A stretch of 64,000 bases of DNA from Dehalococcoidia bacterium (GCA_965200555.1 OZ241365.1:920605-984604); one strand, 5' to 3'. Positions 41,339-52,999 are shown, counted from the stretch's first letter. Numbers and translations: made by a program. The notes: generated from the letters alone by a model not told the origin.

Positions 41339-41951
41339 GCCCGTCGAACTCGCGCCGCCGCGCCTCGTTCCTGCCGGGAGCGACGAAGTAGTAGTCGAAC
41401 AGCCCGTCCACGACCTCCAGCGCCCACTCCGCCTCGCCGGGGCCGACGGGCATGATCTCGCCCGTATGCTCCGACTCGATCGGGTGAGCGGCGAAGTTCC
41501 CGATCTCGCGCAGGTAGTGGAGGTTGCGGCTCAGCGCCGAGGGAGTGCGTTCGTCCTCGACGAAGGCGCCGATCTGCCGGGCAAGGGTCGTCTGCTCGTA
41601 ACCGCCTTGCCCGGTCAGCACCTGCTGCACGATCCGGCGCGCCAGCGCGGCGCTCGCCTGCGGGCTGAGCGCGAGGATGGCGACGGCCTCGGCGTAGTCG
41701 GAGCGCAGCGGTTCGGGGACCTCGGGCGGAGCCGTGCGGCCGGTGGCGTTCCGCGGGTAGGCGACGTACTCTTCCACCTCCTCCTCCACCTCGCCGTCGC
41801 CCCTGCCCGCGCGGATCCGGATGATGCTCTTGCGGCACCGAGGGCACAGCGTGCTCTGGACGTAGACGGTGGCGTTCTCGCCGGGACTGTCGGTCGACAG
41901 CGCATTCCGCCACTGGTCGTGAAACTCGATCGTGCAGTGCGGGCACTTCAT
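41298..41951 (-). CDS. Zinc-ribbon + DUF4145 (HEPN-like) domain protein
   Basis: The start is MKCPHCTIEF...LCPRCRKS (C4 ribbon), and the C-terminal domain carries the LHYLREIGNFAAHP motif characteristic of DUF4145 (membership of the HEPN clan is recalled, not verified). It lies 22 nt downstream of recQ on the same strand. Confidence 0.55.
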   Translation of the reverse strand: MKCPHCTIEFHDQWRNALSTDSPGENATVYVQSTLCPRCRKSIIRIRAGRGDGEVEEEVEEYVAYPRNATGRTAPPEVPEPLRSDYAEAVAILALSPQASAALARRIVQQVLTGQGGYEQTTLARQIGAFVEDERTPSALSRNLHYLREIGNFAAHPIESEHTGEIMPVGPGEAEWALEVVDGLFDYYFVAPGRNEARRREFDGRAADAGRPSPSGA

Positions 41952-41973
41952 CGCTTGTTCCCCCCTCCCCCCG

Positions 41974-44289
<2,316 letters not shown>

Positions 44290-44392
44290 CCTACACGACG
44301 AACGCGAGTTCGCGCACCCGCGCGAGCGGATGCGCCGGGGTGCTGCGCGGCCCCCGCCCCGCCCTCGGAGGCGGCAGGCCGCGCGCGGCGGC

Positions 44393-45484
44393 TCAGGCCC
44401 CGGCGGCGATGCGCCTCCTCGCGGTCAGCGCGGCGGCGCCGAGGAGCAGCGCCGAGGCGGCGAGCAGGCCAGCCTTCGGCGCGGCGGGGGCGGACGCATC
44501 GGGCGCGGCGAGGCCGGCGTTGCCGGTCGCCGGGGCGCCGGGCGCCGCCGTCGCCGCGCCCGCGCCGGCCTGCGCGGGCAGGACGCCCGGCACGGGGAAG
44601 GTCGCGATGCGCTGCGCCCAGCCGTAGGCCTGGACGATGCCCCCGCGCGCCGAGATCAGCGAGGCGGCGGCCCCGGACAGCGCGGCCTTGCCCTCCTCGA
44701 GGCTGTCCGCCGCGAGCGCGGCCTGCGTCTGCCCGCGCACCCGCAGCGTCCGCGCCTCGGCGATGGTGGCCATGTAGTCCACCTGCGCCGCGAAGACGTC
44801 GATGCCGGGGCCGTGGGCGCCCGCCAGCAGTTCGGTGTGGATCGCGGCCTCCTCCGCCAGCAGCAGCTCGTCGAGGGCGAGCAGCCGCCGGGCGGCTTCG
44901 CGGAAGCCGTCGAGGTCCTCGGCCGCCATCGCCTCGTTCGCCACGCCGATCGCCAGCTGCAGGTCGTCGCGGATCGCGATCAGCAGGCCGGGCCGATCGG
45001 GATCGCCGGGACCGTGCACGTGCGCCCCTTCGGCGAGGCCGTGCGAGATCAGGTGCTGCACGTGGAGCAGCAGCGCCGGGGGGTGGGTGTAGGAGTAGAC
45101 CACCTCCGACGGCTCCGCGCCGTCGTCCGGCACGGGCTCGAGCGAGATCTCGACGGTGTCGTATCCCAGTCCGAGGACGTTCGCTGCGCCGGGGGCGCGC
45201 CAGGCGTGGTCGATGGCGCCAGCCTCGACCGCCATGACGCCGGTGCTGACGCGGGCGCCGGTGGCGCTGTTCACCAGCCAGCCCTCGTACGCCCTGTCCG
45301 CCGGCAGCGGCGCGACGCCGTCGATGTCGTAGACGAGGCCGTCGCCGAGCGCCGTCACGTCGGCGAGCAGGACGAGGCCGACGCCCTCGAAGCGGTGGCG
45401 GTCGGCGCGCGCCGTCCCCGTCGCGAGCGGCGCGAGGAGCAGCAACAGCAGCCCCGCCGCCGCGAGCACCCTGGACCACGTCAT
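44393..45484 (-). CDS. Secreted protein with anti-sigma-K RskA-like C-terminal-type domain and C-terminal hydrophobic anchor
   Basis: Signal peptide MTWSRVLAAAGLLLLLLAPLATGTARA. AYEGWLVNSATGARVSTGVMAVEAG...LGLGYDTVEISLEPVPDDGAEPSEVVYS matches the extracytoplasmic RskA domain pattern (Y.lWli...g..S.G.f.........vTvEP.GGS..PT). The C-terminal LLAASALLLGAAALTARRR forms a hydrophobic anchor. No cytoplasmic anti-sigma domain is present. Confidence 0.5.
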   Translation of the reverse strand: MTWSRVLAAAGLLLLLLAPLATGTARADRHRFEGVGLVLLADVTALGDGLVYDIDGVAPLPADRAYEGWLVNSATGARVSTGVMAVEAGAIDHAWRAPGAANVLGLGYDTVEISLEPVPDDGAEPSEVVYSYTHPPALLLHVQHLISHGLAEGAHVHGPGDPDRPGLLIAIRDDLQLAIGVANEAMAAEDLDGFREAARRLLALDELLLAEEAAIHTELLAGAHGPGIDVFAAQVDYMATIAEARTLRVRGQTQAALAADSLEEGKAALSGAAASLISARGGIVQAYGWAQRIATFPVPGVLPAQAGAGAATAAPGAPATGNAGLAAPDASAPAAPKAGLLAASALLLGAAALTARRRIAAGA

Positions 45485-45534
45485 CGCGCACCTCCCGCCG
45501 CCCGCGGCGATGCTGGACGCCGCCCGCGCGCGCG

Positions 45535-46089
45535 TCAACCGCCGCCCTCCTCGCCGCCCGCGAGCTCGCCGTCCTCGCCGAGGCCGGCGAGCTCGCGGGC
45601 GCGGGCGACGAGGGCCGGCACGCCCGCGATCTCGCCCTCGACGGCGATGTGGGCGCCGCCGCGCGCGACCAGCCGCCAGCGCACGTTGCCGAGCGTCTCC
45701 ACGCGCTCGATGCGTTCGAGGTCGCTCCAGCGCAGTTCGCGCCGCACCTCGCCGCGGTGCAGCGCCAGCGCCGCCTCGCGCGTGAGCGCGATCGCCGTCG
45801 CCGTGCCCCGCCACGTGAACCACACCACCGGCAGCTGCAGCACCAGCACCACGCCGAGGAACGCGCCGAACCCCGTCGCCTCCGCCGATCCCGCAAGGAA
45901 GCCGATCGCGAGGAAGAGCGCGCACCCGATCAGCGGCAGCGCGAACGAGGCGTGGTTCCACCAGTGCGAGAGGTTGGGGTGCGCCGCCACCACCTCGAGG
46001 CCGGACAGCGCCTCGCGATCCTCGCGCCGCAGCGCGGCGAGCGGGCCGGAGGCGGCGGGCGGCGCGTCGCCGGGGCGGTCGCTGGTCAC
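45535..46089 (-). CDS. Membrane protein with bacterial PH (bPH_2/YdbS-like) domain
   Basis: Two TM helices (FALPLIGCALFLAIGFLAG, FGAFLGVVLVLQLPVVWFTW) are followed by a PH-like beta-rich domain. The start is uncertain (GTG at 46089 or ATG at 46167). Confidence 0.45.
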   Translation of the reverse strand: MTSDRPGDAPPAASGPLAALRREDREALSGLEVVAAHPNLSHWWNHASFALPLIGCALFLAIGFLAGSAEATGFGAFLGVVLVLQLPVVWFTWRGTATAIALTREAALALHRGEVRRELRWSDLERIERVETLGNVRWRLVARGGAHIAVEGEIAGVPALVARARELAGLGEDGELAGGEEGGG

Positions 46090-46232
46090 AGCGGCAGGGT
46101 AGCGCCCCGCGGCAGGACGCGGCGAGGCCGCCCGCTCCGGCGGACATCCGCATATTGATCCTCGCATTTGATGCTTCTAGCCTTGCGGGTATGCTCGCGG
46201 GGTGCGTGCGGGCTCGCGGAAGGAGTGGCGCG

Positions 46233-48665
46233 ATGGGTTCGGTGTGGCATCTCGCGCGGAGGCCCCTCGGCCTGCTGCTGACGCTGGCGCTGGCGGTCTC
46301 GCTCGTCGCCGCGTGCGGCGGCGACGACGACGGCGGCGAGCAGCTCAAGCTCGGCTTCCTCGTCGACTTCACCGGCGGCCTCGCCGAGTACGGCGAGTCG
46401 GCGCAGACCGGCATCGACCTCGCGATCCTGCACATCAACGCGGCGGGCGGCGTCAACGGCCAGGACGTGGTCTACGTCACCGGCGACACCCGCGTCGACC
46501 CGACGCAGGCGACCGAGGAGGCGCGCCGCCTCGTCGACGTCGAGGGCGTGCACGCGATCGTCGGCCCGCTGTCGAGCACCGCGACGCTGGCCGTGGCGGA
46601 GAGCGTGACCGGGCCGGGCGGCGTCCCCCAGATCTCGCCGTCGGCGACCTCGCCCGCGCTGACCACGGTGGACGACGACGGCTACCTCTTCCGCACCACC
46701 ATCTCCGACGCCGCGCAGGGCGTGGTGCTCGCCCAGCTCGCCGCCGAGGAGGGCTACGACAACGTCGGCGTGATCCACCGCGACGACGCCTACGGGCAGG
46801 GCCTCGCCGAGGCCTTCGCCGCCGCCTTCGGCGGCCGCAGCACCCTCGCCGCCTACCCCGACGCCGGACAGGCCTCGTACCTCTCCGAGCTGCAGGCGGC
46901 GGCGGCCAACGGCGCGGACGTGCTGCTCGCCATCGGCTTCGCCGAGACCGAGATCTTCGTCCGCGAGGCGCTGGAGCAGGGCCTCTTCTCGGCGTTCCTG
47001 TTCTGCGACGGCAACAAGAGCCAGGACCTGATCGACCAGCTCGGGGCCGACAACCTCGAGGGCTTCAAGGGCACGGCCCCGGGCAGCGACCCCGAGGCGC
47101 CCTCGACGATGGCGTGGAACGCGGCCTACGTGGCCGAGTACGGCGCGCCGCCCGCGCTGCCGTTCGTGCGCGAGACCTACGACGCGGTGGTCGCGCTCGC
47201 GCTCGCGGCCGAGGCCGCCGGCTCGACCGGCGGCGCCGCGATCCGCGACCAGCTGGCGCGCATCGGCGGCCCCGGCGGCGCTGCCTTCCTCGCCGACGCC
47301 GACGGCGTGCGCGCCGCCCTCGAGGCCGTGCGCGCGGGCGACGACATCGACTTCGTCGGCGCCGCCACCTCGGTGGACTGGGACGGCGCCGGCGACGTGC
47401 CCTCCGGCTTCGTCGAGATCTGGGAGTACCGCGGCGGCGAGCCGGTCACGCTCGACACCGTGCCGTTCGACCTCGCGGCGCCGGCCGCCGCGGCGACGCC
47501 CGCGGCGACCGAGGAGCCGGGCGAGCAGCTGCGGATCGGCTTCCTCTCCGACTTCACCGGCGCGCTCTCCGAGTACGGCGAGGGCACGCTGGCGGGCGCG
47601 CGGCTGGCGATCGCCCACCTCAACGCCGCGGGCGGCGTCAACGGCCAGGACGTGACGCTCGTCACCGGCGACACCCGCGTCGAGACCGTGCAGGGCGTCG
47701 AGGAGGCGCGCCGCCTCGTCGACGTCGAGGGCGTGCACGCCATCGCCGGGCCGCTGTCGAGCAACGTCACCCTTGCCGTCTCGGCGTCGGTGACGACGCC
47801 GGGCGGCATCCCCCAGATCTCGCCCTCGGCGACCTCGCCCGCGCTGACCCAGGCCGAGGACGACGGCTACCTCTTCCGCACCACCGGCTCCGACTCGGTG
47901 CAGGGCGTGGTGCTGGCCGGCCTCGCCAAGAGCGAGGGCCACGACAACGTCGGCGTGATCTACCGCGACGACGCCTGGGGCCAGGGCCTCTCCGAGGTCT
48001 TCGCCGCCAACTTCGACGGCACGGCCACGCTCGCCTCCTACAACGCCAACGGCCAGCCCAGCTACATCGCCGAGCTGCGGCAGGCCGCCGGCGAGGGCGC
48101 GACGGCGCTGGTGGCGATGGGCTTCGCGGAGACCGAGGTGTTCCTGCGCGAGGCGATCGAGAACGGCCTGTTCACGACCTTCATCCTCACCGACGGCAAC
48201 AAGAGCGAGGAACTGATCGAGCAGATCGGCGCGGACTACCTCGAAGGCACGGTCGGCACCGCCCCGAGCAGCAACCCCGACGCGCCCTCGACGGTGGCGT
48301 GGGACGCGGCGTGGCTCGTCGAGTACGGCGACACGCCGGCGCTGCCGTTCGTGCGCGAGGCGTACGACGCGGTGATCGCGATCGGCCTCGCCGCCGAGGC
48401 CGCCGGCTCGACCGACGGCGCCGCCATCCGCGACGCGCTCCCGCGCATCGCCGGCCCGCCCGGCGACGCCTACATCGCCGGCCCGATCGGCGTGGCCTCC
48501 GCCATGCAGGCCCTGCGCGCGGGCGAGGACATCAACTACGAGGGCGCCGCCACCCCGATCGACTGGGACGGCGCCGGCGACGTGACCTCCGGCTTCATGG
48601 AGATCTACGGCGTCCGCGACGGCGCCCTCGTGACCGTCGAGGTGCGCGCCTTCACCCTCGAGTAG
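46233..48665 (+). CDS. Fused tandem double substrate-binding lipoprotein of a branched-chain amino acid (Liv/type-1 PBP) ABC transporter
   Basis: The lipobox is LVAAC with a GGAAGGAG RBS. There are two complete SBP units (about residues 30-415 and 430-810), each beginning EQL(K/R)(L/I)GFL.DFTG.L.EYGE...IAHLNAAGGVNGQDV...GDTRV...EEARRLVDVEGVHAI.GPLSS. A TATGCT -10-like element lies at 46187-46192 inside the GCGGGTATGCTCGCGG motif. Confidence 0.75.
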   Translation: MGSVWHLARRPLGLLLTLALAVSLVAACGGDDDGGEQLKLGFLVDFTGGLAEYGESAQTGIDLAILHINAAGGVNGQDVVYVTGDTRVDPTQATEEARRLVDVEGVHAIVGPLSSTATLAVAESVTGPGGVPQISPSATSPALTTVDDDGYLFRTTISDAAQGVVLAQLAAEEGYDNVGVIHRDDAYGQGLAEAFAAAFGGRSTLAAYPDAGQASYLSELQAAAANGADVLLAIGFAETEIFVREALEQGLFSAFLFCDGNKSQDLIDQLGADNLEGFKGTAPGSDPEAPSTMAWNAAYVAEYGAPPALPFVRETYDAVVALALAAEAAGSTGGAAIRDQLARIGGPGGAAFLADADGVRAALEAVRAGDDIDFVGAATSVDWDGAGDVPSGFVEIWEYRGGEPVTLDTVPFDLAAPAAAATPAATEEPGEQLRIGFLSDFTGALSEYGEGTLAGARLAIAHLNAAGGVNGQDVTLVTGDTRVETVQGVEEARRLVDVEGVHAIAGPLSSNVTLAVSASVTTPGGIPQISPSATSPALTQAEDDGYLFRTTGSDSVQGVVLAGLAKSEGHDNVGVIYRDDAWGQGLSEVFAANFDGTATLASYNANGQPSYIAELRQAAGEGATALVAMGFAETEVFLREAIENGLFTTFILTDGNKSEELIEQIGADYLEGTVGTAPSSNPDAPSTVAWDAAWLVEYGDTPALPFVREAYDAVIAIGLAAEAAGSTDGAAIRDALPRIAGPPGDAYIAGPIGVASAMQALRAGEDINYEGAATPIDWDGAGDVTSGFMEIYGVRDGALVTVEVRAFTLE

Positions 48666-48688
48666 CGGAGCGCGCGCCGCCGCACCGC

Positions 48689-48716
48689 GAGGGGCGGCCT
48701 CCGGGCCGCCCCCTCC
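48689..48716 (+). terminator. GC-rich hairpin downstream of the SBP gene (GAGGGGCGGCC-tccg-GGCCGCCCC(C)TC), candidate intrinsic terminator without U-tract
   Basis: An 11-bp stem with one bulge and a 4-nt loop, sitting 24 nt after the stop. Confidence 0.3.
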
Positions 48717-48770
48717 GCGTCCGCGCGCGGAGCGGGCGCGCCTCGCCGGGACCGGGTGTAGGATGCCGCC

Positions 48771-50453
48771 GTGACGCGGAAGCTGGCGCTGGCGGGACTG
48801 GTCGTCGCCGTGCTCGTCGCGGGCGCGGCGTCCGCGCTGGCGCAGGACGCAGGGTCCGAGGTGCGGATCGCCGCGCGGCGGCTCGCCGACGGGCGCGTCG
48901 AGTTCGCGCTGCAGCCCCGCTCCGGCGGCGGCTGGGGCGCGCGCGTGCTGCCGTCCAGCCGCTACTTCCCCGCGAACGCCGCCGTCGGCCGCTGGCTCAG
49001 CTCCTCGCCGGTGGACGCCGGCGGTGTCGAGGTGCGGATCAGCGCACAACGGCTCGCCGACGGGCGCGTCGAGTTCGCGCTGCAGCCGCGCGCGGGCGGC
49101 GGCTGGGGCGAGCGCGTCCTGCCGTCCAGCCGCTACTTCCCCGCGAACGCCGCCGCCGGCCGCTGGCTCAGCTCCTCGCCGGTGGCGCTCGGCGGCGCGG
49201 CGGCGATGACGGGCGACGATCCCGCCTCGTGCGCCCTCGCCGACCATATCGACCGCGTGAGGGCCGCGACGTTCCAGGTGCGGACCGCCTCCGGCGCCGG
49301 TACGGCCTTCTACATCGGCAACGACGAGTGGCTGACGAACCACCACGTCGTCGAGGACGCGACGCGGGCCGAGCTGGTCCACGGCGGCACTCGCCTCTCC
49401 GCCGCCGTCGCGGGCAGCCTGCCGGGGTACGACCTCGCGCTGCTGAGGGCGCGGCCTCCGTCCTCGGTGCGCCCGCTCCGCCTCGCCGCCGCGAGGCCGG
49501 CGGTGCTGGCGAGCGTGGCGGTGGTGGGGTTCCCGCCCCCCGTCTCGGGCACCCCGTCGGCCACCCGCGGGGTGGTGTCGAAGCACGCCCCGTTCTCCCA
49601 ATTCCCGGACCAGCTCGACGGCAGCGGCGTCGTGCTGCAGACCGACGCCGAGATCAACCCCGGCAACAGCGGCGGCCCCATCGTCGACGGCTGCGGTACG
49701 GTGGCCGCCGTCGCCACGTTCAAGCGGTCCTCGTCGCAGGACGGACGCGACGTCGACGGCATCGGCTTCGGCGTCGCCGCCGAGACGGTCGCCGCGCGGC
49801 TCGCCCAGCTGCGCTCTACCGAGCATGTGGCGGGAGGCGCGCCGCAAGCCGCCGCCGAGGCCGCCTTCAATACCTGTATGGCGAACTGGGGCGACACCTA
49901 TGGCAACCAGATTGGGGCCACTCTCGCCGCCATCCGCACTGTTGAGGACATCGAGGACGAGGTTACCGGGTGGGGCGTACCCACCTCTTACATTACCGCC
50001 ATCTACGCCGACCCCAGCATCATTCCCCCCGGTGGTCTCTTCGTAACCCCGGGGTTTCCCCTCGGCACTGATAGCCCAGGCGTTTTCAGAATCTTCGGTG
50101 GCAACTTTGACAACCTGCGGGCGCTGATCCAAGGGGCCACTGGGGTTGCGATTATTCGCGACGACTCGATCGGTTTCGCTACAGCGGCGACTCGTCGCGA
50201 GACGCTCTCTGTGGACAGGTTCTTCTTTCGGCTGGATATTATTCGCGAGACTTGGCATTACTCCATCAGCCCGTGGTTCGCTCCTGCCGATCAGGGGCCG
50301 TTGAGTCTGGACTTCACAGCTGCGAAGAACTCTCTGGAGGCTAACAGGCTTCGGCTGGTGGGGCTGCAGGCGGCTGACCGAGACAACTGGGAACGCTACT
50401 GCGCGTCGGCGGCTGGACAAACTGTTGGGCCGGACGAGCATACCCCCCGATAG
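48771..50453 (+). CDS. Secreted trypsin-like (S1/chymotrypsin family) serine protease with two N-terminal ~52-aa tandem repeats and a C-terminal extension encoded by lower-GC DNA
   Basis: Signal peptide MTRKLALAGLVVAVLVAGAASALA. The repeats are EVRIAARRLADGRVEFALQPRSGGGWGARVLPSSRYFPANAAVGRWLSSSPV, present twice. The catalytic His is in TAFYIGNDEWLTNHHVV and the Ser in NPGNSGGPIVD. From about 49860 the coding DNA drops to roughly 58% GC. Confidence 0.7.
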   Translation: MTRKLALAGLVVAVLVAGAASALAQDAGSEVRIAARRLADGRVEFALQPRSGGGWGARVLPSSRYFPANAAVGRWLSSSPVDAGGVEVRISAQRLADGRVEFALQPRAGGGWGERVLPSSRYFPANAAAGRWLSSSPVALGGAAAMTGDDPASCALADHIDRVRAATFQVRTASGAGTAFYIGNDEWLTNHHVVEDATRAELVHGGTRLSAAVAGSLPGYDLALLRARPPSSVRPLRLAAARPAVLASVAVVGFPPPVSGTPSATRGVVSKHAPFSQFPDQLDGSGVVLQTDAEINPGNSGGPIVDGCGTVAAVATFKRSSSQDGRDVDGIGFGVAAETVAARLAQLRSTEHVAGGAPQAAAEAAFNTCMANWGDTYGNQIGATLAAIRTVEDIEDEVTGWGVPTSYITAIYADPSIIPPGGLFVTPGFPLGTDSPGVFRIFGGNFDNLRALIQGATGVAIIRDDSIGFATAATRRETLSVDRFFFRLDIIRETWHYSISPWFAPADQGPLSLDFTAAKNSLEANRLRLVGLQAADRDNWERYCASAAGQTVGPDEHTPR

Positions 50454-50682
50454 TGAAGGCTCGTGCCCCTCGAACTTCAGCGCCGTCGTGACCGAACCCG
50501 AGCGTTAGCCGCGCCGATCCCTCGCGCGAGCCTCGATGCGTCGCGCGGCGTCAGCCGGCGGGGGCGAGCGGGGCCGCCGCCGGGTAGAACACAGCGGATG
50601 CTCGCCCGACAGCGGGGGCATCAAAGGCACGCCAGCTCCCAACGGCCGCTGGTTCCACTTCATGCACATCCTGCTGTGGCAG

Positions 50683-51786
50683 CTAGGTCAATCCCAAAAG
50701 GAACTCGCGAGGCTGGCGCACACGCTTAATCCTGAAGTTGGCGACACGTACCCCATCATCAGCAAGGTACGTTGTCTTGCGAGACCCTTCTCGCACTGCA
50801 GTGATGTAATCGTTGAACCGCCTGATCATCACATCCCTTTTCTCCCAATCAAGAGAATCCCACCAAGTGGGAGCAATACAGAGACTTTCGGACGCTTCGA
50901 TCAAGAAACGAATCAAGGCATCAGGCATGTCTTCCCGTCCTATGCTCAGTAGCGACTTGGCGAATCGCACCGGGGCTGTTGATCCACGCAACCAGGACAG
51001 AATAACCGCACCACTTCCGGGAGTTGCTATACTGGAAACAAGCAGTTGCTCCATGGGGATATCGACTTGCATCTGATTCTGTAGCAAATTTCCTTTAAAA
51101 TCGCAGTCTGGCATCCATGCGAAGCTCGCGAGTATCGGCGGATGTCGGTCCGTTTCCAACACGAGAGACCGGATTTCATCGAAACGGCTCATCTGCAGGT
51201 AACGATCCAAATCCGCTTTGACCCTTTGCAAATCCGCACGCCCGAGACGTATGCCTATTCTCTGGTGGTTCAAAAACTCTTGAGTCTCCTTTTGTCCCGC
51301 TGGGGGCATCCCGCGGTCAGCGTTGAGTTTAGCCCACTGGATGTGTTGTTCTGCTCCGATCTTGAAGTACAGCTCACGACTGGCCGCCCTGAAAGCGAAG
51401 AGGAAGTTCTGCTGATCCGAAAAATCGATGGTATTCCCTTTCTCGATGGGATCGAACAACGCATCATGCGCTTGGCAGAATCCTCTGAAGATAGATGCTT
51501 GGCTGACACCGAACAACCTCGGAAGCACTTGGTGGTCACTCACTGCGCGCCTGAAGTAATAGACATGTCCACCCTCAGCGATAGCGGACAACATGGCGAG
51601 CTGCACACCGTGGGCGCGTATGGCGGGGCCGCAGCCTGTCGGCGCATCCGGGTGCAAGCATTCCTCGCGCCCGACGAAGTAAGTTTGTTCGGCTCGGTGC
51701 ATCTCAGAAAGACTCAAGGGGGGTTGATCTTCGCGCCCGCGATGGCACTGAGCGAACTCGACGCCAGAGTCACACCAGCACAGCAT
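50683..51786 (-). CDS. SEC-C metal-binding motif protein of unknown function on a ~50% GC island
   Basis: The start is chosen at MLCWCDSGVEFAQCH (C-x-C-x-S-G-x5-C-H, the SecA C-terminal SEC-C motif). The rest of the 367 aa has no recognised domain. The track ORF extends upstream to 51963 in high-GC DNA that overlaps the livM 3' end. Confidence 0.5.
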   Translation of the reverse strand: MLCWCDSGVEFAQCHRGREDQPPLSLSEMHRAEQTYFVGREECLHPDAPTGCGPAIRAHGVQLAMLSAIAEGGHVYYFRRAVSDHQVLPRLFGVSQASIFRGFCQAHDALFDPIEKGNTIDFSDQQNFLFAFRAASRELYFKIGAEQHIQWAKLNADRGMPPAGQKETQEFLNHQRIGIRLGRADLQRVKADLDRYLQMSRFDEIRSLVLETDRHPPILASFAWMPDCDFKGNLLQNQMQVDIPMEQLLVSSIATPGSGAVILSWLRGSTAPVRFAKSLLSIGREDMPDALIRFLIEASESLCIAPTWWDSLDWEKRDVMIRRFNDYITAVREGSRKTTYLADDGVRVANFRIKRVRQPREFLLGLT

Positions 51787-51898
51787 ATCCCGGCGGCCCC
51801 TACCTGCGCTCTGGATGGTAGCACTCCACGTTGCCGTCTCGCAACTGCAGGTCGATACACCCCGACTGATATCGCCGCCCGCGCACGGCACGCGGCGG

Positions 51899-52990
51899 TC
51901 AGCCGGCGAGGGCGCGGAGGCGCGCGCGCAGCGCGGCGAGGGGCGAGCCGGGGCCGCCTCCACCGCCGCCTCCCTCGCCGCGCGGGGCGAAGCGGCTGAC
52001 GATCGCGCGCTCGGGGACGAGGCCCTGCGGGCGCGCCAGCACGAACAGCACGATCAGCAGCCCGATCGCCACCCGCCGCAGCACGAACACGCGCGTCCCG
52101 AGGAAGTCCGGCAGGCTCTCCTGGAACAGCGGCAGCCCGAACCACACGAACGCCACCACCAGCGCCCCCACGACGGCGCCGCGGTTGTTGCCGCTGCCGC
52201 CCACGATCACCATCGTCCAGACGAGGAACGTCATCAGGTTCTCGAACGAGTCGGGCGCGATCGTGCCGTAGCGGTGCGCCCAGATCGCGCCCGCCAGCCC
52301 CATCAGCGCCCCGCCCAGCACGAAGCTCTGCATCCGGTAGCTGGCCGTCCACTTGCCGACCGAGCGCGCGGTGTCCTCGTTCTCGCGGATCGCGCGCAGC
52401 ACGCGGCCCCACGGCGAGGCCGTCGCCCCCCGCACCGCGACGAACACGGCGGCCAGCGTCAGCAGCGTGATCGCCAGCAGCACGAGGTCGTAGTCGATGC
52501 CGCGCTCGCCGGCGGCGGCCTCGAACGGCCTCGGGATGCCGTTGAGGCCGCGCGCGCGGTTGACGAGGCCCTCCTGCGTGTTGGCGATGCTCCGCAGGAT
52601 CGAGGTGATGCCGATCGTCGCGATCGCGAGGAAGTCGTCGCGCAGCCGCAGCGTCGGCAGCCCCACCAGCAGCGCGAGCGCGGCGCCGGCGGCCATGCCG
52701 CCCAGCCAGCCGATCGGGATCGGCAGCTCGTACCCGCCGACGTAGCTCTCGAACTGGCCGGGCGGGTCGAGCGTCAGCAGCGCGCTGGCGTAGGCGCCGA
52801 CGGCGAGGTAGGCGATCACGCCGAAGTTGACCGTGCCGGTGTAGCCCCACTGCACGTTCAGCGCGAGCGTGGCGATGCCGAGGATCGCCGCCGTCGTGAG
52901 GAACCCGACGGTCCAGTTCGCGCCGCCGGTCACGGAGATCTGCAGCGCCCCGTCGAGCGGCAGTCCCGCCAGCCCCGCCAGCGCCTCCAC
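51899..52990 (-). CDS. livM: Branched-chain amino acid ABC transporter permease (LivM-like)
   Basis: It is polytopic and has the LivM pattern ...NFGVIAYLAVGAY...; the C-terminus is Gly-rich. Confidence 0.8.
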   Translation of the reverse strand: MEALAGLAGLPLDGALQISVTGGANWTVGFLTTAAILGIATLALNVQWGYTGTVNFGVIAYLAVGAYASALLTLDPPGQFESYVGGYELPIPIGWLGGMAAGAALALLVGLPTLRLRDDFLAIATIGITSILRSIANTQEGLVNRARGLNGIPRPFEAAAGERGIDYDLVLLAITLLTLAAVFVAVRGATASPWGRVLRAIRENEDTARSVGKWTASYRMQSFVLGGALMGLAGAIWAHRYGTIAPDSFENLMTFLVWTMVIVGGSGNNRGAVVGALVVAFVWFGLPLFQESLPDFLGTRVFVLRRVAIGLLIVLFVLARPQGLVPERAIVSRFAPRGEGGGGGGGPGSPLAALRARLRALAG

Positions 52991-52999
52991 GCCGCGCCC

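Noticed and set aside
50463-50729. Small plus-strand ORFs inside the low-GC island (50463..50729, 50536..50952, 50813..51076, 51142..51999, 51270..51539)
   Set aside because: They overlap the SEC-C gene on the opposite strand or lie in the duplicated livM-end remnant. They have no RBS and no recognisable features, and are treated as non-coding or antisense.
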